Source of the DNA: an uncultured Actinomycetes bacterium
GTDB taxonomy: Bacteria > Actinomycetota > Acidimicrobiia > Spongiisociales > DATADW01
Assembly (NCBI GenBank): GCA_963824995.1
Contig: CAWGRK010000002.1
Location: 124,001 to 188,000, forward strand
DNA: 64,000 nt
Direction of reading: 5' to 3'
Position 1 is the stretch's first letter. Each line of letters starts with the position of its first letter. Below the pieces are notes generated by a model. That model searched no databases. It had not been told where the DNA came from and saw only the letters and a list, made by a program, of their open reading frames with translations. The translations under genes were made by a program, and so were the position numbers. Below, piece by piece: positions 21,262 to 32,300 of this stretch.

Positions 21262-22770
21262 TGCAGATCGTCGATAGAGCGCTGGAGCGGCGCCAACAGG
21301 AGGGACGCCCCATCAAGGTGGGGATGGTGGGCGCCGGCTACATGGGCCGAGGTATGGCTCGGGCGATGGAGAGCAATGACCGGCATCGATCTCGTCGCCA
21401 TCGCCAACCGGACGGTGGAGAACGCCGACCAGGCCTTTCGCCGACGCCGGGGATCGACTCGGCGGTGCTCGCTTCCGACCAGGACGACGATGGACCGGAC
21501 CGATCGCCGCCGGTGGGACGGGCGATCACCGGCGACCCGATGCTCGTCGCCAGAGCGGCCGGCATCGAGGCGATCATCGAGTGCACCGGTGAGGTCGAGG
21601 CGGCGGCGCGGGTCGTCGTCGAGGCGATCGACCGGGGCAAGCACGTGCTGCTGGTCAACGCCGAGCTCGACGCCACCGTGGGTCCGATCCTCAAGGTGCA
21701 GGCCGACCGGGCCGGCGTTGTCATCACCAACTCCGATGGCGACGAGCCGGGCGTGGCGATGAACCTGTTCCGGTTCGTCGACGCCATCGGCTACCGCCCG
21801 GTGCTCGCCGGGAACGTCAAGGGCTTCCTCGACCACCACCGCACCCCAGACACGCAGCGCGGTTTCGCCGACGCCCACGGCCAGCGCCCGATCATGGTCA
21901 CTTCGTTCGCCGACGGGACCAAGCTGTCGCTGGAGGCGGCCGTCCTGGCCAACGCCACCGGGTTCAAGGTCAAGCAACGGGGGATGGAAGGACCCAAGCT
22001 CGACCACGTACGCGACCTGCTGCCGCATGCTCGAGCCGAAGGAGCTGCTCGACCAGGGGATCGTCGAGTTCGTCCTCGGCGCCGAGCCCGGGTCGGGCGC
22101 CTTCGTGATCGGGTACAACGACGACCCGATCCTGTCTCCCTACATGTCCTATTTCAAGATGGGCGACGGGCCGCTCTACCTCTTCTACCGACCCTTCCAC
22201 CTCACCCACCTCGAGGCGCCGCTCTCGGTGGCCAGGGCGGTGCTCTTCGACGACGCCACCATCGCCCCCGCCGGCGCACCCACCTGCGAGGTGGTGACGG
22301 TGGCCAAGCGCGACCTCGAACCGGGCGACGAGTTGGACGGGATCGGCGGGTTCACCGTCTACGGGATGATCGACAACATCGAAGTCGCCCAGCCGGAGAA
22401 CGCCCTCGCCATGGGCCTCACCGCCGGCGCCCGGATCACCCGCCCCGTCGCCGCCGACACCATGCTCACGATCGACGACGTCGAACTGCCACCGGATCGT
22501 CTCGTCGACCAACTCCGCCGCGAGCAGAGCCGAGCTCTTCGGGCTGTCCCCCGCAGGGGGCAAGGGACCCGGTGCGCAGCAGCGGGTAGGGGGACTGCCG
22601 AACTCGCCAACGGTGCCCGACACGCGGCTTTCGTACCTCTGGGAGTGAACCAGCCCCCTCCCCGACGCACTCCAGCGTCGGGTGCTCCCCCCGTTCGGAG
22701 GAAGGGAATCGTTGGGGAGAGCGCCGCTGGCGATTGCTGCTCATCGGCTTCTGCCATCCTGCGGCGATGA
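21258..22770 (+). CDS. NAD(P)-dependent oxidoreductase (homoserine-dehydrogenase-like) with C-terminal SAF domain; conserved part ends near 22545
   Basis: IKVGMVGAGYMG, NAELDATVGPILK, GDEPG, SFADGTK, FYRPFHL, AKRDLEPGDELDGIGG. Confidence 0.88.
22548..22706 (+). repeat. Dispersed ~150-bp palindromic element, copy 2
   Basis: cccccgcagggggcaagggacccggtgcgcagcagcgggtagggggactgccgaactcgccaacggtg...cctctgggagtgaaccagccccctcccc...gcgtcgggtgctcccccc. Confidence 0.85.
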
Positions 22771-23711
22771 GCGAACCGCTCCTCGAAGCGACCGGGTTGG
22801 TGAAGCGGTTCGCGGGGCCGAACGGCACGTCGGTGCTCGCGGTGGACGAGGTGGATCTCGTGGTGGAGGAGGCGGAGACCCACGCTCTTGTGGGTGAGTC
22901 CGGGTCGGGGAAGACCACCACTGGGAGACTTCTGGTTCGGCTGCTCGAGCCCGATGCGGGTCCACCAGGTTCCGCGGCCAAGACCTGAACTCGCTGGGCC
23001 GAGCGAGATGCGCCGGACGCGGCGCCACCTCCAGATGATCTTCCAGGATCCCTACTCGTCGCTCGATCCCCGACAACCGGTGTGGCGGAGCGTCGCCGAG
23101 CCGTGGGACGTCCACCGTGTCCATCGACCCGAGGACCGCCGGGCACGGGCCGAGGAGTTGCTGGCCAAGGTCGGGGTCGACCCGGCGCTGGGAGGGCGGC
23201 TCCCGGCGAAGTTCTCCGGGGGTCAGCGGCAGCGGATCGGGATCGCCCGTGCCCTGGCGCTGGAGCCGTCACTGATCGTGTGCGACGAGCCGGTCTCCTC
23301 GCTCGACCTATCGGTCCAGGCCCAGATACTCAACCTCCTCCTCGATCTCCAGGAGGAGTTGGGGTTGAGCTATGTGCTCGTCGCCCACGACCTGGCGATG
23401 GTCCGCCACGTCGCCAACCGGGTCTCGGTGATGCACCGGGGGAGGGTGGTCGAGACCGGAACCCGTGACCAGATCTTCGACCACCCGGCGCACCCCTACA
23501 CCGAAGCGCTGCTGGCTGCGGCTGCCGCCATCGATCCACTCGAATCGGCGGAGCCTGCGGTCCCCGGCGTCGAGGAGGGGGAGCTTCCCAACGACGACGC
23601 CTGCCTGTACCGGGACCGGTGCCCCGCGCCGCCGACATCTGTGCCACCGAGCGCCCGGCGCTGGTCGAGCGTGGCCAAGGTCACCCGGTGGCGTGTCTTC
23701 TTCCTGGATAG
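22767..23711 (+). CDS. Oligopeptide/dipeptide-type ABC transporter ATP-binding subunit (DppF/OppF-like)
   Basis: GESGSGKTT, IFQDPYSSLDP, FSGGQRQRIGIARAL, IVCDEPVSSLD, HPYTEALL, CLYRDRC. Confidence 0.92.
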
Positions 23712-23740
23712 ACGGCGAGACGGCAGACGGCAGCCAGACG
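23710..23740 (+). repeat. Short GGCAGAC heptamer array right after the stop codon
   Basis: agacggcgagacggcagacggcagccagacg. Confidence 0.75.
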
Positions 23741-23794
23741 AGTCACCCCTCCGCTCGCTTTGCTCGCGCCTCCCACTCACCGGGTAGGCACCGA

Positions 23795-24717
23795 CTACAC
23801 GCGCTCCCGGGCTCGGGGATCCACCACCACCACGGCCACGTCGGCGATGAGATTGACCACGGCGACGACGAGTCCACTGGCGAGCCCGATGCCGATGATG
23901 AGGGCGGTGTCGAGTCGGCGAAGCGAGGTGAGGAGGTCGGCACCGAGTCCAGGCATCGAGAACACTGCCTCGACCACGGCCACGCTGGAGAAGAGGCCGG
24001 CGAAGTCGAGCGCCAGCACCGAGAAGAGGGGGAGCAGGGCGTTTGGCAGCAGGTGGCGCACCCTGATCGACCGGCGGCGCTCGCCCCGCCGGCGGCGAAG
24101 ACGACATAGGCCTCGTCGGCCTCCTGCAGCAAGGTGTTGCGAAGCAGTCTGGCGAGCACCAGACCGAATGGGATCCCAACCGCAAACACCGGGAGGACGT
24201 ACCCGGAGATGGAACCGCCCCCGCCGAGGGGGAACCATCCGAGGACGAAGGCGAACAGATAGATGAAGATCAGCCCGACGAGGAAGGCGGGGATCGCGCT
24301 GGTCGCACCGGCAGCCGCAACCAGCATCCGGTCGGCCCAACGGCCCCGCCTGCTGATCACCCACAAGGCGAGCGGGATGCCGATGGCGACCTCCACCAGA
24401 AAGGCGAGCGTGGTCAAGAGCAGCGTGGGCGGCAGCGACCGGACTAGTACCTCGGTCACCGGCTCGCCGCGGGAGAAGCTGAACCCCAGATCACCCTGGG
24501 CGAGCCGGGTGAAGGTGGTGGTGAACCGGGTCAGGAAGGGCTGGTCGAATTCATAGGCCTGGCGGATCTGGTCCAGCGTCTGCTCGGATGCACCCGGGCC
24601 GGCGAGGCTCGGTGCCGGGTCTCCGGGGATCAACTCGACCAATAGGAAACCGGCCGTGATGATCAGCGCCAATGTGATCAGGGTCGATCCCAGCCTGCGG
24701 AGCAGATACCTTCCCAT
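23795..24717 (-). CDS. ABC transporter permease (DppB/OppB-like)
   Basis: MGRYLLRRL, LIPGDPA, GDLGFSF, RHLLPNALLP, VEAVFSMPGLG, NLIADV...DPR. Confidence 0.9.
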
Positions 24718-25565
24718 CAATCTGCCTCGGGTGGGAGGCGGAGCGCCTCACCGAGCAGGTTGGCTCCGGCGACCATCAACCCCAGGTAGATCGCCGGGAA
24801 CAGGATCAGCCCGGGGTGGTCCCGGTAGTAGACCAGGCAGCAGCCGAGGAGGTTGCCGATGCTCGGCGTGGGCTCCTGTACCCCGGCTCCCAAGAACCCG
24901 AGCGAGCTCTCGAAGAGGACCGCCCACCCCACCGAAAGGGCGGCGTAGGCGGCCACCACCGGGAGAACGTGAGGCAGCACGTGGCGAACCAGGGTGAATC
25001 GCGGCGTTGCACCGAGAACCTTGGAGGCGTCGATGAAGGGGAGGTTCCGGGTGACGACCGCCTGGCCATATGTGACCCGCGCCAGTGGGGCCCAGAACAC
25101 GCCGGCCAGTCCCACGATCAGCGAGACCAGTCCCCGACCGAGCACGGCGGCGATCGCCGCGGCGAGCAGCAGCCCAGGTATGGCCAGCCCGATGTCTGTC
25201 ACCCGCATCAGCGCTCCGCCGAACCTGTTGGGCGCAGCCGACGCGGTAAGACCTATGGCGAGACCAACAACTGTGGCGATTCCCACCGCGGCCAGTGCGG
25301 CCACGAAGGTGACCCGGCCCCCATAGATGATGCGTGAGAAGAGGTCGCGGCCCTTTGGGTCGGTGCCGAGGATGTGGCCGGGTGCCCCGGCATCCAACGG
25401 CCCTCCGTCGGGGGCGAGGCCCTCGATGGTCTCGAAGGTCGGGTCGTAGGGGGTGAGCAGCGGCGCCGCGATCGTCACCACGGCCACCAGACCGACGATG
25501 AGGCATCCCGCCACCAGGGCAGGGCGACGAGAGGGCCTGTCGAGGGAGAGCGGCTGCGGGATCAC
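24717..25565 (-). CDS. ABC transporter permease (DppC/OppC-like)
   Basis: APLLTPYDP, HILGTDPKGRDLFSRIIYGGR, FIDASKVLGA, RHVLP, ESSLGFLGAG. Confidence 0.9.
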   Translation of the reverse strand: MIPQPLSLDRPSRRPALVAGCLIVGLVAVVTIAAPLLTPYDPTFETIEGLAPDGGPLDAGAPGHILGTDPKGRDLFSRIIYGGRVTFVAALAAVGIATVVGLAIGLTASAAPNRFGGALMRVTDIGLAIPGLLLAAAIAAVLGRGLVSLIVGLAGVFWAPLARVTYGQAVVTRNLPFIDASKVLGATPRFTLVRHVLPHVLPVVAAYAALSVGWAVLFESSLGFLGAGVQEPTPSIGNLLGCCLVYYRDHPGLILFPAIYLGLMVAGANLLGEALRLPPEAD

Positions 25566-26549
25566 GTTGCCTCGCCCAGCGGGTGGTGGCAGGCGATACC
25601 CCTCCTCAGCCGGCCAGACGTAGCCGGGACGCTCCTCCAGACAGACGTGGTCTGCCCGCGGGCATCGTGGGGCGAACGCGCAGGGGAGCAGCGGCCCGGG
25701 GAGGGCTGGGGGGTGGCCCTCGATAGCGGTCAGTCGCCCCAACGGCCCGTGGAGCGTCGTGCTCGCTCGAAGCAGTCCCGCCAGATAATGGTGGTGTGGC
25801 TGATCGAGCAGCGACCCGATCGGCCCGAACTCGACGACGCTCCCCGCGTACATGACCGCCATCCGGTCGGCGGCGCGTCGCAGCAGAGCGAGTTCGTGGG
25901 TGACCACCACCATGGCAATCCCCAACTGGCGGACGAGCCTGACCAGCTCCGCCGCCACCCGGACCCGTACGATCGTGTCGAGCGCGGTGGTCGGCTCGTC
26001 GGCGATGAGCAGCTCGGGCTCGGTGAGGACCGCGGCCACCACCACCGCCCGTTGCAGCATCCCCCCGGATAGCTGGTGGGGGTAACCGGCTGCGACCTCG
26101 TCGGGGCGGCGGATGCCAAGCGCACCCAGCATCTCCACCGCCCGCGCCGTCGCCTCAGCCCGGGTCATCCCACGGTGGAGTTGCAGGCTCCGGCCGATCT
26201 GGGCCCCCACACGCTGCAAAGGGTCAAAGGACGTGAACGGGTCCTGGGGCACGTAACCGATGCGGGTCCCGCGGAGGGGCTCGGTGCGGTCCACCCCGGG
26301 GGCGACCACGACCTCACCATCGAACCGGATCTCACCCCCAACCACTTGCCGGTCCGACCCGAGCAGCCCCATGACTGCCAACCCGAGGGTCGTCTTCCCG
26401 GATCCTGATTCCCCGACGACCCCGACTATCTCACCCCCATTGAGGGCGAGGTCCACCCCCCTGAGAACCTCGCCCGACGAGGTGGCGACCCTTAGCCCAT
26501 CGATCTCGAGGAGCGGCGCCGGCTCAGCCTTCGGCTTGGACCCAGGCAC
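25562..26549 (-). CDS. ABC transporter ATP-binding subunit (DppD/OppD-like)
   Basis: GESGSGKTT, YPHQLSGGMLQR, LIADEPTTALD, CAFAPRC; native end ACHHPLGEAT* after one indel. Confidence 0.9.
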
Positions 26550-28273
26550 GCTTCCAGTCGAAAGGTGCATAGGTGGCCAACGTGGGGATCTCGCCAACCC
26601 CCGCACCCTGGAGCACCCGGGGCGTCACCTCCATCACCGGGACCCCGGCGACCTCGTCGATGAGCCGCTGCTGCACGTCGAGCAGGGCGGCATCACGCTC
26701 CGCGCCGAACTCCATCGATTCTGTGGCGAAGAAATCCTCGTCGATCGACTCGTCGCAGAAGCGGGAAATGTTGAGGATGTCGATGGTGCCGCAGATGAAG
26801 TTGGTCGAGATGTAGTCCTGGGCGTCGGGGTAGTCGGCGCTCCAGTAGGTCGACGAGATGTCGTAAAGCGCCGGGTCGTAGATAGCGGTGAAGAACTCGG
26901 TCTGCTGCAACCCCTGGAGGTCCACCGCGAAGCCTGCCGCCTCGAGGTCCTGCGCCAGCGACGTCGAGTTGGCCGAGGTATACGGGTCGGAGACGTCGTA
27001 GACGATCTTGACCGGAGTCCCGTCGTAGTCGGACTCCTCCACCAGACGGGCAGCCTCCGCCGGGTCGTGCTCGTACACCGTCGTCCCCTCCGGATCGGAC
27101 TGGGCGGTGGTCGATGACATCAGCTGGTTCCACGGCTGGGCCAGGTCGCCGAACTGGGCGATGAAGTCCTTGTTGAGCGCATGCGCCACCGCCATCCGCA
27201 GTTCCTTGGAGCCGAATATGCCGTCGTTGTTGAGAGCCAGATAGAAGATGCGCGGTCCGACCGACTCGGAGATGGTGATGGCGTCGCTCTGCTCGAGTTG
27301 CCTGATGGCCTGGGGCGACAGCGAGAACTGCTCGAACACGCCGTCAGCCTCACCGGTTTCGAGACGGAGAACCTGGGTGTTCTCGTCCACCCCCAGGTCG
27401 ATCCGGATCTCGTCCAGGTAGGGGAGATCGGGATCGACGTAACCCGGGTTGCGCACGATGGTGACGTCCGAGCCCCGGTTCCATTCCTGGAGGTAGAAGG
27501 GACCGGCTCCCACCGGACTGCTGGCAAAGTCCTCGCCCCGATCCTCGACCGCCTCCTGGGGCACCGGCCAGCTGGTGGCAATGGTGAGACCGAAGATGAA
27601 CGTGGTGGTTGGGGCGGCGAGGGTCACCTGGAGCGTCTGGTCGTCGATCACCTCGATCCCCGACACCTCATCGGCTTCGCCGTTGGCGAACGCCTCTGCG
27701 CCCTCGATGGGGAACAGGTATCCGGCGCCCCATGATTGGCTGGAACGGTGTTCGGGTCGAGCGCCCGGATCATCCCGTAGGCGACGTCGTCGGCGATCAC
27801 CGCCCGTGGCTCGAAGTCAGGACCGGCGAACATGGCGCCTTCCTCGATGGTGAAGGTGTAGACGAGCCCATCGTCGGACATCTCCGGGGGTCCGGTGGCC
27901 AGCCCCGGTTCGAGCTCGCCTGCGGAGGTGAAGTGGTACAGACCCTCGTAGAGGGCGCCCGCCGTCATGTCGTAGTCGATGGTCGACACCGCCTGGCTGT
28001 TGTCGAGCGAGGCGAGGTCGTTGAGTGCGACGAACTGGAGGCTGCCGCCCTGTTGCGCCTCGCCTGCGGCGGCAGTCGTCGGCGTGGCTGCCACGGTGGT
28101 CTCCGTGGCGCCGATCGTGGTCTCGGAGGCACCGGGAGTGGTCTCGGTGGCTGCGGTGTGGTCTCGGACGGCGGGGCGACGGTGCTCTCCGAAACGGTTG
28201 TCTCGCCGGTGCCCGAGCCGGTGCATGCAGCCGCTACCAGCATCAACGCCAACGCCCAACCGATCCTGCGCAT
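26524..28273 (-). CDS. ABC transporter substrate-binding lipoprotein, family 5
   Basis: Lipobox MRRIGWALALMLVAAAC, Thr-rich linker, LYEGL, DGLVYTF, PVGAGPF, WSADYPD. Confidence 0.9.
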
Positions 28274-28324
28274 GGTCCCTACTCCCCGGATCGACGAAGG
28301 CGGCCACGATACACTCCGGCCCTC

Positions 28325-29223
28325 ATGGACACCCTGGAGACGGCCGAGCGCGCCGCCCGGGTAATCGTGGAGCGAGCGGGCTTCCGGCCGGATGTGGGGC
28401 TGATCTGTGGCACAGGGTTCGCCCCGTGCACAGACGTGCTTGCCGACAGGGTGACCATCCCCTTCGAGGAATTGCCCGGTTTTCGACCGAGCGCGATCCC
28501 CGGGCCACGTCAACGAAATCGAGGTCGGCCGGCTCGGTGACCGGGTGGTGGCGGCGGTCAAGGCAAAGGTCCTCCCTTGCGACGGCGCATCCTGGGAACA
28601 GGCGGGAATCCCTGCCCGCACCCTGGCCCGGACCGGGTGCCGAGCCCTTCTCTACTCGGCGAACTCGGGATCGATGCGGGGCGACCTCGGTCCCGGCGAG
28701 TTCCTCGCCTTCAGCGACCACATCAACTTCTCCGGGTTCAACCCATTGTCGACAGAGCGCGAGGGTGACGGGTGGCCGACGCCCTACCTTTCGATGGCCG
28801 AGTTGTACGACGCCGAGCGCACCGCCGCGGTATGTGCCGCCTCCACCGACGCCGGGGTCCCGCTCGGAACCGGAGTGGCCGGCTACTGGATGGGACCCAG
28901 CTTCGAGACCCCCGCCGAGATCAGAGCTGGCGCAGTCCGCCGGTTGCTCGGTGTCGTCGAACAGCTTCCTCCCCGAGGTGATGGCTGGATATCACGCCGG
29001 GATGGCGATCGTCGCCTTCACCTTCGTCTCGACGATGTCTGCCGGGATCGCCGCCCCCATCGCCCTCGACCGCGTCCTCGAGACCACCCGCCGCTCCCAC
29101 GACGACTTCAGGAAGATCGTCTCGGCTGCGATTCCGGTCTTTGAGGTTCTCTATGTCCCCCCGCGGGGGGAAGGGCCCCGCTGCGGAGCAGCGGGTAGGG
29201 GGCTGCCGAGCTCCCAATGGTGA
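28325..29223 (+). CDS. Purine nucleoside phosphorylase family protein (trimeric PNP/XapA-like) with divergent active site
   Basis: GLICGTG, IPFEELPGF...IPGH, DHINFSGFNPL, YD, GPSFETPAEI, PEV; conserved part ends near 29150. Confidence 0.82.
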
Positions 29224-29308
29224 TAGCACGCGCTTCGCATCTAGAGAGTGAGCCAGCCCCCCTCCCCCGACGCCTCCGGCGCCGGGTACTCCCCCTGCGG
29301 GGAGAGAG
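29157..29308 (+). repeat. Dispersed ~150-bp palindromic element, copy 3
   Basis: ccccccgcggggggaagggccccgctgcggagcagcgggtagggggctgccgagctcccaatggtg...gagtgagccagccccc...gcgccgggtactccccctgcggggagag. Confidence 0.85.
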
Positions 29309-29316
29309 ATCGGTTG

Positions 29317-32300
29317 TTATCCCGCCACGTACCCCCAGCCGGAACCGGTGATGGTCCAGGCGTTGGCGTTGGGGTCGGTCCAGCGCGAGTAGTCGGGTGG
29401 GGTGCTGGTCAGCTGGTCGAGGTCGCGGAAGTCGGGTGAGGCCACGGCGGTCCCGGCGATCCCGGAGAGGACCAGGGCGGCGTGGTACTCACCCGCCCAG
29501 TTGCCGGAGGTGCCGTCGGGTGTCGCTCCGAGGGCCAGGGCGAGTGGCGTTGACCGCAACTGTCCGGTTTGGGCGGCGGTGACCACCGAACCGAGCTGAG
29601 TCCACCCGCTGTTCGAGGAGAGCTCGGTGGAGGTTGCCGTCCGGTACCAGAAGGTGACCGCGCTCAACCTCGGCGGGGGAGTGACCCCGTCGAAGGTGAC
29701 CCGTACCTGTATCCGGGTCCCGTCGGCGACGGGTAGCGGGACCGTGGAGGTGACCGCCGACGGCGACCCGTTGCGTCGCGTCCAGGCGAAACGCAGCCCA
29801 CCGGTGGTGCCGTTGAGAGACAGCTCATAGGCGTTCCCCTTCGAGACGAGACGCGCCCCGTCGTCGTTCCAATCGTCCAGCGCCACGTCGGCGCGGATGT
29901 CGAGGTCGCCGGCGATGTCGAGCAGGGCCCGGTCGGGGTCGTGATGACGGCCCCGGCACCGCCGTTGAACCGCACGCCACCCGGCCCGGTCGGTGCGTTG
30001 ACCACGATGGTGACGGTGTCGGTGTCGCTCCCACCCCGTCCGTCGGACACCTCCACCGACACCTGATGATGTCCCCTCGGCCGTGTAGGTGAACGTCGGG
30101 GCGGCGATTGTCGAGTCGTCCCTCTGCCCGTCGCCATCGAGGTCCCAGGCGAAGGTGAGCGCGTCGCCATCGGGATCGGTCGAGGTGGAGGCGTTGAAGC
30201 TCACCGTGAGCGGCGCCGTGCCCGACTGAGGGTTGGCACTGAGGACGGCGTTGGGCGCCGTGTTCGGGGTCCCCGGGTCGTAGACCCAGCCCGTGCCGAG
30301 CACGTCCCAGGCGCGGCCGGCACCATCTGTCCATTCCGAGAAGTCGGGCGCGGTCGCCTGTGCCGGTGTCCGCAGGTCGAGGGCGGCGGCTGGGGTGCCC
30401 CCGATCCCGGAGAGGACCGCGGCCTGGTACAAGTCTCCCGCCCAGGGACCAGCCCCATCGGGTCCCGACGCCCAGCGAAAGGGGGTTGGCCCCGTTGGCG
30501 ATGGCGACCGCACCGTTCCTGGTGACGACCGCTCCAAGCTGAGTCCAGCCGGTCGGAGTTGGTCAGGTTGGCGCGTGACATCGGTCCGGTACCAGAAGGT
30601 GACCTTGGTGTTCTTGGCCGCGCGTGTCAATGTCGATGGTGGCGCGCACCTGGAGCCGGTCGCCGTTGACGACGGGGAGGGCAACGGTCGAGTTCACCGT
30701 CTGTGCGCCCCTACGGCACGGGCGAACCCGACCCGGAGCTGTCGGGTGGTCCCGTTGAGCATGACCTCGTAGGCGCCCGGGAACTTCGACACCAGCTTGG
30801 CGTTGGAAGTGGCCCAGTTGTCGAGGGCGACATCGGCGCGCAGATCGATGTCGCCGGTGATGTCGAGGGCGGCGGTGTCGGGCGTCTGCACCCTGGTGCC
30901 GGCGAGGCCAGGCAGTTGGATGTGGCCGACGCCTCCGGGCGGCGCCTCGGTGACGGTGACCGTGACCGATGCGATGTCGGTGCCACCATGTCCGTCGTTT
31001 ACCTGCACCGTGGGCGTTGTGGGTACCTGCGGGGTAGGTGGTCTGGATCGTCGCCCTGCTCGCCGTCGTCGAATTGTCCGTCGCCGTTGAGGTCCCAGTC
31101 ATAAGTGAGGGAGGTGCCCGTCGGGATCGGTGGAAGCCGTTGCATCGAGCGAGACCGTCAGCGGTGCCTCACCCTGGTTGGGATTGGCGGTGAGCGTGGC
31201 GACCGGGCTGCGGTTTGGCCCGCCGATCGTGTAGCTCCAGCCGTCGCCAGCCACCGTCCAGGGGTTGCCGACCCCGTCGGTCCACCCGGAATAGTCCGGC
31301 GGGATCGTGCCCAGCTGGGCGGTCGTCCTGAAGTCGGGGTTGGCCACCACCTGGCCGAAGAAGCCGATCCCGTTGATCAGCATCGCCGCGTAGTACCGCC
31401 CCGACCAGAACCCGGCAACATGGTCGAACCGGGAGCCGAGCACCATGTTCCTGTCGCCGGGCCGGACGGTGGTTAGCCCCGAGGTCGTGACCACGGTGCC
31501 CAACTCGGTCCAGCCGGAGTGGTTGAACAGCTCGTTCTCCACGTCGCTCCTGGTGAAGAAGGTCACGGTGTGGCCACCAGCACCGTTGTCGGCTTCGAGC
31601 GTGGCGCGCAATTGGATCCGCTGGCCGTCGGCCACCGGGATGGCGACGGTCGAGGTGCGCGTCTGGAGCGTGCCCGCCGAGTTGACCCAGGCGAGTCGGA
31701 GCCTGCGGGTGGTCCCGTCGAGGATCAGCTCATAGCCCTCGGCCGATCCGAGGCTCGAGGTCCGCAGGTTCGAGATCAACTTGGCGTTGGAGGTGGACCA
31801 GTTGTCGAGGGCAACATCGGCCCTGATGTCGAGGGTCCCGGTGATGGCGTCGAAGTTGGGACCCGCCGGAGCGGTGATGTCGGTCCCGCCGTCTCCGGGG
31901 AGGGTGAGATATCCGTCCTGCTCCTGCGGCGCTCCCTGGAACACGGCACGGTATGTGGTGTCGACGGACGGGGCGACTATCAATCGGCTCTCGGCACCCA
32001 CCGTCGGCCCAGGAGTCGAAGCCGTAGACCACGCCGTCCTTTGCCTGTGGGATTCACTGCGGTCACCGAGTTGGCCGACCCGACGATCACCTCTCGGGTG
32101 AAAGGCGTCCGTTCGGCGAAGGCCCCCACCGAAAGGGCGAGCCCGGCGACCGGGGCGCTCTCGAAGGTGAGCTCGACGGTGCGAGGGTCGAGGCGGACCG
32201 AGTCGGTCCCGGTCTTGCCACCCGAGTCCGTCACCGTGAGCGACAGCTCGAGATAGCGACGGGTACTCGTGGTCGGGAGCCACGAAGGAGCCGCCGGCGA

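Noticed and set aside
24717..26606. 629-aa ATPase-permease fusion in the ORF track
   Set aside because: The canonical ATPase end ACHHPLGEAT* is in the neighbouring frame, with TGA overlapping the permease GTG (25562-25565). An indel creates the apparent fusion.
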